Positions 18,639-27,137 of a stretch of DNA of 55,412 bases are shown here, piece by piece. The notes under the pieces were generated by a model. That model saw nothing but the letters and a program-made list of their open reading frames with translations. It was not told the origin of the DNA and did not search any database. The stretch spans positions 1 through 55,412 of the forward strand of contig JBFWNU010000006.1 in NCBI GenBank assembly GCA_050250895.1, written 5' to 3'. A program made the translations under genes and the position numbers. Position 1 is the first letter of the stretch. Each line of letters starts with the position of its first letter. The DNA comes from Vulcanimicrobiota bacterium. GTDB taxonomy: Bacteria > Vulcanimicrobiota > Xenobia > Xenobiales > JADMJV01.

Positions 18639-20613
18639 CGCCACCATAGGTCGCTATCACATCATCGAGGAGCTAGGCCGCGGTGGCATGGGCGTGGTTT
18701 ATCACGGCCACGACCCCCTGTTGAACCGGCCGGTGGCGATCAAGATTCTCTCCCAGCAACTGGTCGGCAATCCCGAGTCCAAAGAGCGTTTCATCCGCGA
18801 GGCGCAGGCGGCTGCCCGCCTCAACCACCCCAACATCACGGCCATCTATGACATCAACGAACACGAAGGCATTTACTACCTGGTCTTCGAGTACATCTCT
18901 GGCTCGGCCCTCGACAAGGTCATCATCGAGAGCAAGGGTCCCATGAAGGTCCTCGACGCCCTCGAGCTGTTCATTCCCATGGCCCAGGCTCTGGACTATG
19001 CCCATCAGCACGGTATCGTCCATCGCGACGTCAAGCCGGGTAACGTGATGGTCACCGACGACAAGGACATCAAAGTCTGCGACTTCGGGATCGCCTGGGT
19101 CGAGATGTCTCACACCCTGACTCAACCGGGCCAGCCCATCGGCAGTTGCTTCTACTTCTCACCCGAGCAAGCGCGTGGCGAGAAGGTCGACCGCCGGGCC
19201 GACATCTACAGTCTCGGCATCGTGCTCTACGAGATGCTGACGGGACGGGTGCCGTTCAAGGCCGACAATCTACCGGCCGTCATCCAGCTGCACCTGACCC
19301 AGAGCCCGGTGCCCCCGCGCGAATTCAACAAGATCATTCCCGAAAACGTCGAGCAAGCCATCCTGCGCTGCATGAAGAAAGACCCGGGCGAGCGCTTTCA
19401 GAACATCACCGACCTGATCAAATCGCTCGAGGTCGACGAAGCCCCTGAGGATCTGTACAAGACCGCTATCAGCCCCTCCGAGGCTGCTCTGCACAACATT
19501 CTGGGCAACAACTACTACAAGCAGGGCAAGCTTGACCTGGCCATTCTCGAGTGGCAGAAAGCCACTAACCTCGACCCCTACAACGCCCTCACTCACAATA
19601 ACCTGGGCACTGCCCTCGACGGCTTGGGCAAGCTGCCCGAGGCCATCGTAGAGTATGGCAAAGCGGTGGACCTCAACCCCAATAACTTCGTGGCTCACTA
19701 CAACCTCGGCTCGGCCTTTTACCGCCAGGGCGAACTCGAGCGCTCCATCGAGGAGTATCGCAAGGTGACGGTGCTCAACCCCAAGTTCGCTCCCGCCTAT
19801 TACAACCTGGGCAACGGCCAATATCGTCGGGGCAAGGTCGAGGCCGCCATTGAAGAGTGGCAAAAGGCCCTGGTGCTCAACCCCAAATTTGCCGAGGTGC
19901 ACTACAATCTGGGCAACGCCTACTACAAGAAGGGGCGCAAAGAAGAGGCGGTCACCCACTGGGAAAAGGCCCTTGAGCTTGACCCCCAGTTTGCCATTGC
20001 CCTCTACAACATGGGCACGCTCAAACTCGAACAGGGCGACGTCGACGGAGCCGTCGAGCTGTGGAGCAAAGCGGTCGAACTCAATCCCGAGTTTGCGCAG
20101 GCCCACTACAACATCGGCAACATGCACTACGAGAAGGGCAACATCGACCTGGCCGTGCGCGAGTGGGAGAAGGCGACCAACGCCAAGCACGGCTTCTGGC
20201 AGGCCCACAACAATCTGGGTAACGCCTATTACCAGCAGTCGATGTTCGACGAGGCCATCGGCCAATGGCAAAAGACCGTGCAATTCAAGAAAGAGTTCTG
20301 GCCAGCCCATTGGAACCTGGCCAACACCTATTACTACCACCGGGCCCAACTCGACGAGGCCATCATCGAGTGGCAGACGGTCACCCAGATCAACTCCAAC
20401 TACTGGCAGGCCTACTATAATCTGGGCGAAGCCTATCTCGAGCAGGGCAAGATCGAACTGGCAATCCTCGAATGGGACAAGGTGGTTCAGCTCAATCCCG
20501 GATTCTGGCACGTCTACCACAACCTGGGCACGCTATTTTACCAGCGTGGCAAGATCGACCAGGCTATCGCTTATTGGACCAGGGCGGTAGCCCTGATGTT
20601 GTTCCCATGGTAA
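18631..20613 (+). CDS. Hanks-type Ser/Thr protein kinase with a C-terminal TPR array
   Basis: LGRGGMGVVY, VAIK, HRDVKPGN, DFG, SPEQ, then ~11 TPRs (HNNLG/YNLGN). Confidence 0.95.
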   Translation: MVNATIGRYHIIEELGRGGMGVVYHGHDPLLNRPVAIKILSQQLVGNPESKERFIREAQAAARLNHPNITAIYDINEHEGIYYLVFEYISGSALDKVIIESKGPMKVLDALELFIPMAQALDYAHQHGIVHRDVKPGNVMVTDDKDIKVCDFGIAWVEMSHTLTQPGQPIGSCFYFSPEQARGEKVDRRADIYSLGIVLYEMLTGRVPFKADNLPAVIQLHLTQSPVPPREFNKIIPENVEQAILRCMKKDPGERFQNITDLIKSLEVDEAPEDLYKTAISPSEAALHNILGNNYYKQGKLDLAILEWQKATNLDPYNALTHNNLGTALDGLGKLPEAIVEYGKAVDLNPNNFVAHYNLGSAFYRQGELERSIEEYRKVTVLNPKFAPAYYNLGNGQYRRGKVEAAIEEWQKALVLNPKFAEVHYNLGNAYYKKGRKEEAVTHWEKALELDPQFAIALYNMGTLKLEQGDVDGAVELWSKAVELNPEFAQAHYNIGNMHYEKGNIDLAVREWEKATNAKHGFWQAHNNLGNAYYQQSMFDEAIGQWQKTVQFKKEFWPAHWNLANTYYYHRAQLDEAIIEWQTVTQINSNYWQAYYNLGEAYLEQGKIELAILEWDKVVQLNPGFWHVYHNLGTLFYQRGKIDQAIAYWTRAVALMLFPW

Positions 20614-21017
20614 AAGCCGATCGCGCCGCCATAGCTCGGGCCTTTGACGATACCGACCAGGCCAATCATTACCTGCTGGATCGCACGACCGGCAAGGTTC
20701 TGACCGTATCCCTGCACGATAAGGCAGGACTGGCCGACATTCAGAAAAAGCTCACCCAGGACAAGGGTCGCTATCTTCAAATTCCCAAGCCCAACGCCCG
20801 GGCCAATTTCGAAGAACTCGAGCGTTTCATCCATCAGATGAAGGACCCTCACTTTCAGGCGGTTTGCAAACGAACCTTGACCAGTCATCGACCCTTTCGA
20901 GAATTTCGCGATGCCCTGGCTACCAAGCCGAAAGAGAAACGCGAATGGGAATCTTTTCACCGCGCGAACCTCGAGCGAAAAGTCGATGAATACTTGCGTT
21001 CCGTGCGAATGCAGTGA
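20607..21017 (+). CDS. UPF0158 family protein
   Basis: YLLDRTTGKV, RYLQIP, PFREFRDAL...EW pattern; in-frame ATG at 20607. Confidence 0.75.
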   Translation: MVKADRAAIARAFDDTDQANHYLLDRTTGKVLTVSLHDKAGLADIQKKLTQDKGRYLQIPKPNARANFEELERFIHQMKDPHFQAVCKRTLTSHRPFREFRDALATKPKEKREWESFHRANLERKVDEYLRSVRMQ

Positions 21018-21096
21018 CGCCAGGAATCTGATTCACTGCAGGCGAACACACTATTAATCCTGACTTTAGTCACTATTTATCTAGGAATTTTCACTC

Positions 21097-21816
21097 GTGA
21101 ACGCTGAAGACGAAGCCAGAGCCAGACTCGAGGTCGCACAACTCTATGTAGAGATGGGCCAATTGCCCAAGGCGGCCCGCTACTATCTGGCCGCGGCTGA
21201 AATCTACCGAGACGCAGGTCTGGCCCACAAGGCTCGCGAGCTGTTGCTCAAAGTCATGGAATTCGAGCCCGGCAACGTCCAGGCTCAAGAGATGATCGGG
21301 TCGCTGGCCGGCACCCCCGGCGTCGGCGGCGCCCCCAGCGCGCCCGCCCGCCCGGCCGCCGCTCCCGCTGCCCAGACACCGGCCGCAGTGACCAGTGGCG
21401 GCGGAGCCGGCTCTGGGGCCGTGACTTCGCCGACACCATGTCTCTTCCTTCGCAAAGACCAGCAGGCGGCCGTGATGAGTCAGATCACCCAGGCTCCAGA
21501 CCCGGCCGCTTTCCCGTTCCAACCTCTTCCCCGAGTAGACGCCAGAGCCATGGCCAAGCGGCAAGAGGAGCGGCGCCAAGCCGAAGAAGCCATGCGCGTC
21601 AAAGACCGCACTCGTGTCGAGTCAGCCTTCGGCGGCGGGCCGGGCGGCCTCACGGCCGGTGGCGGCGGGTTGCTAGCCCAGGCCAAGCGGTCGGGCCAGG
21701 GCCGTCGCAAGGGCGACAGCACGGAAGACGAGGCTCCCAAGCGCGGCCCTCGGGGCGTCCGCAGCGGGAACACCGACCTGGCCGACGCCATCCGCCGTAA
21801 GCTCCAGGGGGGCTAG
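21097..21816 (+). CDS. Hypothetical protein with an N-terminal TPR-like domain and low-complexity linker
   Basis: AQLYVEMGQLPKAARYY...ARELLLKVMEFEPGN. Confidence 0.75.
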   Translation: MNAEDEARARLEVAQLYVEMGQLPKAARYYLAAAEIYRDAGLAHKARELLLKVMEFEPGNVQAQEMIGSLAGTPGVGGAPSAPARPAAAPAAQTPAAVTSGGGAGSGAVTSPTPCLFLRKDQQAAVMSQITQAPDPAAFPFQPLPRVDARAMAKRQEERRQAEEAMRVKDRTRVESAFGGGPGGLTAGGGGLLAQAKRSGQGRRKGDSTEDEAPKRGPRGVRSGNTDLADAIRRKLQGG

Positions 21817-21831
21817 ACCCGCCTGAAGGGC

Positions 21832-22153
21832 GGCGCTTTCGATAAAACCGCAAAGGCGCAAATGCGCCGAGAGGGACCTGGATCTCGCAGGTGAGCGCTC
21901 GAATTTGAGAAAACCGCGGAGATACGCGGTGGGCGCGGGGAGGGTCGCTTACCTGGAAGGTTGGCGCTTTCGATAAAACCGCAAAGGCGCAAAGGCGCCG
22001 AGAGGGACCTGGATCTCGCAGGTGAGCGCTCGAATTTGAGAAAACCGCGGAGATACGCGGTGGGCGCGGGGAGGGTCGCTTACCTGGAAGGTTGGCGCTT
22101 TCGATAGAACCGCAAAGGCGCAAAGGCGCCGAGAGGGACATGGATCTCGAAGG
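21832..22153 (+). repeat. 131-bp tandem repeat array, left block (~2.5 copies)
   Basis: Units starting GGCGCTTTCGATA(A/G)AACCGCAAAGGCGC at 21832, 21963 and 22094. Confidence 0.95.
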
Positions 22154-22312
22154 TTGAGCTCGCTTGTGTAATTTTTGGATCGGGCGGCTGGAACTGGGAC
22201 GGGAGCGCCTCTTCGAGCAAGCCGCAGGCGCACGGTGATCTCGGTGTTCAGATTCGCTTACCCGCTCAGGTGGAGGTCGAAGGTGCTCTAGCAAGCCCTG
22301 AGGAGCGAAAGT

Positions 22313-22600
22313 ATGGACTTTCTAGAATTGATCCAGGACTTAGAAGCCGAGTGGGATACAGGCTTTTTCGCCAAACTGCGCGTCAACGGTTTTGACCTGG
22401 ATGGATTTAAGCGCGTAGAGTTGCTCCTATTGAAGCTAAGTCATGAGACAGAAAGCTACCCACAGAGGCTCGTCGCGTTGACCTGGTTCATTCCTTTGTT
22501 CATGAGTTGGCAGGAAGCGCCAAATTTGGAGGCTCAGGAGTACAGGAATTACTGCAATCGTCTTGAGAAACTGGTGATGGAAGGTCTGGGGATGCCGTGA
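22313..22600 (+). CDS. Small orphan protein (95 aa) inside the repeat array; immunity-protein-like
   Basis: GAGGAG RBS, visibly lower GC; GFFAKLR..GFD, WFIPLFMSWQ, terminal LGMP. The immunity assignment is inference. Confidence 0.75.
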   Translation: MDFLELIQDLEAEWDTGFFAKLRVNGFDLDGFKRVELLLLKLSHETESYPQRLVALTWFIPLFMSWQEAPNLEAQEYRNYCNRLEKLVMEGLGMP

Positions 22601-22614
22601 CGCCGAGCCGCGAC

Positions 22615-23010
22615 GGCGCCGAGAGGGACATGGGCCTCGAAGGGCTCGAGTTGAGAAAACCGCGGAGATACGCGGTGGGCGCGGGGAGGGTCGCTTACCT
22701 GGAAGGTTGGCGCTTTCGATAAAACCGCAAAGGCGCAAAGGCGCCGAGAGGGACGCGGATCTCGCAGGTGAGCGCTCGAATTTGAGAAAACCGCGGAGAT
22801 ACGCGGTGGGCGCGGGGAGGGTCGCTTACCTGGAAGGTTGGCGCTTTCGATAAAACCGCAAAGGCGCAAAGGCGCCGAGAGGGACCTGGATCTCGCAGGT
22901 GAGCGCTCGAATTTGAGAAAACCGCGGAGATACGCGGTGGGCGCGGGGAGGGTCGCTTACCTGGAAGGTTGGCGCTTTCGATAAAACCGCAAAGGCGCCG
23001 AGACGCAGAG
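22615..23010 (+). repeat. 131-bp tandem repeat array, right block (~3 copies)
   Basis: Resumes mid-unit at 22615; unit starts at 22709, 22840 and 22971. Confidence 0.95.
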
Positions 23011-23352
23011 GGCGCAGTGCCTGAGAAATTAACCGCGGAGATCAGGAAGGCACGGAGAGGGTTGTGGGGGGCGTGGAGTGAGCGTCCTGGTGAATTTTAT
23101 GGGTTAGGATTTTACCCACTTCGAATGGGGTGCTCAAAACGGCGGTGGCTGCCCGATCCCCGCGTTAAAGACCCAGCAGGCGCACACGTTCAATGTGAGC
23201 GGTGCCTGAAGCGCGTCGGTCGTCCCGGCGCGTGGCGGAGGTCCCGGCCACCTCCTCCGTGGCCTCTGTGACCCACGAGCATCGACCGCCCAGTCGCCCC
23301 TCGGCCTTGACCACCGAGTGCGACTACGAGGGGTAAGCCCTCGATTGGCGTT

Positions 23353-23817
23353 TCACTCGCGATTCTCGGTCTCTTCTTCGCCCGTTTCGAAATCCTCGGG
23401 AAAGTCGTGCCGAATGGCGCACCCAAGGTTGCCGTCGTGATCAGCTAAGATGGTCCAGGCCCAAGTCGGGCACCACAAAGCTGAATCTCCTCCGAATTCC
23501 CGGAAGAACAAATCCAGGTCACTTGGGGATGGCAGACGAGCACAAGCGCAAAGATAGAGATCTCTACAGATTCTCTGTGGGAGGAAGTAGAAAGAAGTTC
23601 CCACAAATCCTCCAAAGGCTGCAATGGCACGCATTCCGAAGTATCGGCTATGCAGGGAGCGGCCCTCTTCAAAAGACGAGAATAACGGGGCTGATTTGCC
23701 ACCGACGCCGAAGTGCTGATTCCACGCTGCAAACTGTTTCTTGCGTTCGCGCGCAGGAAGCAAAACAGAAGTAGAACAGTTCCTGGCGATAAAGCGCTCT
23801 GCACGATCGAGGAACAT
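23353..23817 (-). CDS. Orphan hypothetical protein (154 aa)
   Basis: AGGAGG RBS 7 nt before the ATG; lower GC than the flanking housekeeping genes. Confidence 0.65.
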   Translation of the reverse strand: MFLDRAERFIARNCSTSVLLPARERKKQFAAWNQHFGVGGKSAPLFSSFEEGRSLHSRYFGMRAIAAFGGFVGTSFYFLPQRICRDLYLCACARLPSPSDLDLFFREFGGDSALWCPTWAWTILADHDGNLGCAIRHDFPEDFETGEEETENRE

Positions 23818-23934
23818 CCTATTGCCTCCTTGCTGGTGAAGGGGGGACTCCGGTGCCGCAGTACCAATTCCTCCGCGCCCCCCGCGGAACTCCGCGGTCT
23901 ACCACCCAGCAACCGCCAACGCTCCAGCCACACT

Positions 23935-23962
23935 CTCTGCGTCTCGGCGCCTCGGCGGTTTT
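23935..23962 (-). repeat. Inverted copy of the array core motif
   Basis: Reverse complement AAAACCGCCGAGGCGCCGAGACGCAGAG matches 22983..23010 at 26/28. Confidence 0.85.
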
Positions 23963-23974
23963 CACAGCGGGGGC

Positions 23975-25126
23975 CTAGGCCTGGGCCAGTTGCCCCTGAT
24001 TGCGCCGCAGGAAGTATTCTTGCGCCCGGGCCAGGGCGGGGGCGACATGTTCTTCGAATTTGAGCACAGCCTCGACGGCGGCTCGGAAGCAGTCCATGGG
24101 TAGGGCTTGTTTGGCATCGCAGAGCTGCTCGGGGCGGAAGGCTTCGGAGTGGATGATCTCGGTGATGGTGCCGGCCGGGCCGTAGGGCAGGGCGGACATG
24201 ATGTTCTCGACCACCAGGCGGTCGTCGCCGGCGGCGTGGCTGGGGTCGTAGATCACCGGCAAGATGGTTTTTTGCTGAGCAAAGCGGATGACGTTGAGAT
24301 CGGGGGTGAAGCGGTTGTAGCCTTTGCCCGCGAACATCGTCTTGACACCGCGCTCACAGAGGATGATTTCCAGGTTGTTCTGGTTGGCGATGTATTCGGC
24401 CGCGTTAAACCACTCTTCGGCGTCGTTACCGAAGCCTCGCTTGAGGATGACCGGTTTGCCCGTCTGGCCCACCGTCTCGAGCAGTTTGAAGTCCTGGGCG
24501 TTGCGAGTGCCGATCTGAAAGCAATCGAGATGGCCGGCCAGTTGCTCGACCAGGGTATGATCCATCACTTCAGAGACGTAAGGCAGGCCGGTCTCTTCGC
24601 GGACTCGGTCGAGCAGTGCGACGCCCTGCATGCCCAGCCCGCGAAAATCGGTGGGGCGGGTGCGCGGCTTGAAAGCGCCGGCCCGGAACATGACGCGGTC
24701 GCGAAGGCCATACTCGTCGGCCAGTTTGGCCACCTGACGCGCCTGGATGAAGACCTGCTCTTCGGTCTGGACCGAGTCGGGCCCCACCACGAAGATATGG
24801 CGGTTGTCTCCGAAGCGGCGCACGGCTCCGTCGGGGCCGCTGATCTCGACGATGCGATTGTCGCGGCTGACCGCCTGTCCGTCGCGGCCCGAGACGATGC
24901 GGGCGATGTTCTTGTAGCCCGACGAGATGCGCCAGGCCCGGGTGACGCCGGGCAGGCTCTCGATGTAGTCGAGGTGGTTGGCGACGGCGCGCACATCGCC
25001 AATGACGTGCAGCGTGTCATAGACTTCTTTGCCCTCGATGGTTTCGAGTTCGTTACCGTGCTGGGCCAGGAGTTTGCGAATAGAGTCAACAGTGGGGCTA
25101 TTGCCCTTGCGGATTTCGATGATCAT
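23975..25126 (-). CDS. aroF: 3-deoxy-7-phosphoheptulonate (DAHP) synthase, type I-beta, with an N-terminal regulatory domain
   Basis: RAGAFKPRT, QIGTRN, LKRGFG, LCERG, DPSH, CD..Q. Confidence 0.88.
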   Translation of the reverse strand: MIIEIRKGNSPTVDSIRKLLAQHGNELETIEGKEVYDTLHVIGDVRAVANHLDYIESLPGVTRAWRISSGYKNIARIVSGRDGQAVSRDNRIVEISGPDGAVRRFGDNRHIFVVGPDSVQTEEQVFIQARQVAKLADEYGLRDRVMFRAGAFKPRTRPTDFRGLGMQGVALLDRVREETGLPYVSEVMDHTLVEQLAGHLDCFQIGTRNAQDFKLLETVGQTGKPVILKRGFGNDAEEWFNAAEYIANQNNLEIILCERGVKTMFAGKGYNRFTPDLNVIRFAQQKTILPVIYDPSHAAGDDRLVVENIMSALPYGPAGTITEIIHSEAFRPEQLCDAKQALPMDCFRAAVEAVLKFEEHVAPALARAQEYFLRRNQGQLAQA

Positions 25127-25132
25127 GGAAAG

Positions 25133-25720
25133 CTACTTTTCTTTGCCGATGCCGGCCAGTTGGGCCAGTGTTCGATTGGTCTCATGCAGGGTCTTGAGGG
25201 TGTGATCGAGAGTGTGGGGAAAGAGGCCGGCCAGTTTTTCGACCAGTTCGCGCTCTTCTACCAGTAAGATCATCAGCGGTTGAACCGCGATGCCCTCGAG
25301 ATACTGTTGCTCTTGCTCGATGGGCACAATCTCTTCGAGTTCGCTGACCAGGCGGGCGGCTCGGGTCGGTCCGGGACCGGTGTGCATCCCATGGGCACGG
25401 GAAACCCTCTCGACCGATTCGAGCATTTGCTCGGGGGTGACCAGTCGCATGAGAGCAAAGGCTTTGAGCTGGTTTTGCAGCTCGCTGACCAGCAGGGCCA
25501 CGAGATCCACTTCTTGGGCGGCGGCCTGGGAGCGCACTCGGCTCTCTTCGGCTGCTTCGATGGCCAGACACATCTTCTTGAGTTCATTGAGATAGATGAC
25601 CTGGCTGTCGCCCGAGTATTTTTTGAGGGCCATACGGGCCTGGGTAAAGGCCGAGATGGCTCGAGCCATTTCGGCTGAGACCTTCTGGGTCGACCCCATC
25701 GGGTTCTGATAGTAATGCAC
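25133..25720 (-). CDS. Hypothetical helical protein
   Basis: Fills the gap between folA and the DAHP synthase gene on the same strand; start uncertain. Confidence 0.7.
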   Translation of the reverse strand: MHYYQNPMGSTQKVSAEMARAISAFTQARMALKKYSGDSQVIYLNELKKMCLAIEAAEESRVRSQAAAQEVDLVALLVSELQNQLKAFALMRLVTPEQMLESVERVSRAHGMHTGPGPTRAARLVSELEEIVPIEQEQQYLEGIAVQPLMILLVEERELVEKLAGLFPHTLDHTLKTLHETNRTLAQLAGIGKEK

Positions 25721-25721
25721 T

Positions 25722-26210
25722 CTAATCGCGCCTCTCGAGAGTTACGAACACACTGTCGTAGGCGTGTCTTTCGTCTCGAGGATGGGGAACCCTGGCGGTT
25801 TCCTTCCACTCGTCGCGGTCAAACTCGGGATAGAAGGCGTCGGCCTCGAAACCGCCCTCTACGTAGGTGAGATACTGACGGTCGGCCCGGGGCAGGAAAT
25901 AGGCATAGATGGCCTCGCCTCCGCCGATCATGACCTCCGGTGTCCCGTGACAGAGCGCCACGGCGGCCTCGGGGTCAGAAACCACCTCGCACCCCGGCGC
26001 CTCGAAGTCGGGTTGGCGGGTGACGACGATCATTCTCCGGCCGGGCAGAGGGCGACCGATGGACTGATAGGTCTTGCGCCCCATCACCAGCGGCTTGCCT
26101 GCCGTCAGCGACTTGAAGCGGGCGAGGTCGTCGGGAAGACGCCACAGTAGCTGGTTGTCTTTGCCTATCTCACGGTTTTCTCCGAGGGCCGCGATCAGAC
26201 TGATGGTCAT
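25722..26210 (-). CDS. folA: Dihydrofolate reductase
   Basis: [39 protein letters not shown]. Confidence 0.97.
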   Translation of the reverse strand: MTISLIAALGENREIGKDNQLLWRLPDDLARFKSLTAGKPLVMGRKTYQSIGRPLPGRRMIVVTRQPDFEAPGCEVVSDPEAAVALCHGTPEVMIGGGEAIYAYFLPRADRQYLTYVEGGFEADAFYPEFDRDEWKETARVPHPRDERHAYDSVFVTLERRD

Positions 26211-27001
26211 ACCGCGATGGGAGCCCGCAAAGCGGGGTGGTGCTGATAGTTGACCAGTTCGAAGTGCTCATAGCGAAAGTCGTCGATCGACTGGACGCTG
26301 GGGTCGATCTTCATGGTTGGCAAGGGAAAGGGCTTGCGCTTCAACTGCTCGTCGACCTGGGTGAAGTGGTTGGTGTAGAGGTGGGCATCGCCCAGGGTGT
26401 GGACGAAGTCACCGGGCTTTAAACCGGTGACCTGAGCCATCATCATGGTTAAAAGCGCGTAGGAGGCGATGTTGAACGGCACCCCCAGGAAGACGTCGGC
26501 GCTACGCTGATAGAGTTGGCAGCTGAGCTTGCCTTCGGCCACGTAGAACTGGAAGAAGGCGTGGCAGGGGGGCAGGGCCATGTGGGGCAGCTCCCCTACG
26601 TTCCAGGCGCTCACGATGTGGCGCCGGGAATCGGGGTTGGTGCGAAGACCTTCCACTACGGCCGCGATCTGGTCGATGGTGCCTCCGTCGCGGGTGGGCC
26701 AACTGCGCCACTGGGCGCCGTAGACCGGCCCTAGATCACCGTTTTCGTCGGCCCATTCGTCCCAAATCGGAACCTTGTTCTCTCGCAGATAGGCGATGTT
26801 GGTCTCGCCTTTGAGAAACCAGAGAAGCTCGTGGATGACCGATTTCAGAAAGAGCTTCTTGGTGGTGACGGCCGGGAACCCGGCGGCCAGGTCAAAGCGC
26901 ATCTGATGTCCGAAGATGCTGACGGTGCCGGTGCCGGTGCGGTCAGACTTAGGCACCCCCTGGTCGCGGATGAGTCTCATCAGGTCTAAGTATTGCTGCA
27001 T
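26207..27001 (-). CDS. thyA: Thymidylate synthase
   Basis: DRTGTGT, ELLWFL, LPPCH, YQRSAD, HLY.NH. Confidence 0.98.
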   Translation of the reverse strand: MQQYLDLMRLIRDQGVPKSDRTGTGTVSIFGHQMRFDLAAGFPAVTTKKLFLKSVIHELLWFLKGETNIAYLRENKVPIWDEWADENGDLGPVYGAQWRSWPTRDGGTIDQIAAVVEGLRTNPDSRRHIVSAWNVGELPHMALPPCHAFFQFYVAEGKLSCQLYQRSADVFLGVPFNIASYALLTMMMAQVTGLKPGDFVHTLGDAHLYTNHFTQVDEQLKRKPFPLPTMKIDPSVQSIDDFRYEHFELVNYQHHPALRAPIAV

Positions 27002-27137
27002 GGTGTGCTCTGCTTCGGGGACCTCTCGCCGAATCCCGCGAAAACCTGTTCCATATCGACTTCGCGGAGCCGCGGGAGCTTCCTGGCCTCCTCAGGGCGG
27101 GAGGAGCGCATTCTGACGAAGCGAAGCCAGGGGTCGT

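Noticed and set aside
19270-20520. 416-aa minus-strand ORF, and similar long antisense ORFs (24107..25267, 42354..43280, 46643..47812, 49884..50765)
   Set aside because: Antisense shadows of well-supported genes, as expected with high-GC codon bias.
21832-23010. CRISPR array
   Set aside because: Units are 131 bp and nearly identical along their whole length, with no unique spacers and no cas genes in the window.
21650-23271. ORFs 21650..22294, 21949..22233, 22436..22738, 22549..22869, 22969..23271
   Set aside because: They translate the non-triplet 131-bp repeat; the same peptides recur in shifting frames.
22154-23962. Classical integron cassette array
   Set aside because: No intI, and I could not identify an RYYYAAC...GTTRRRY attC structure at the gene ends.
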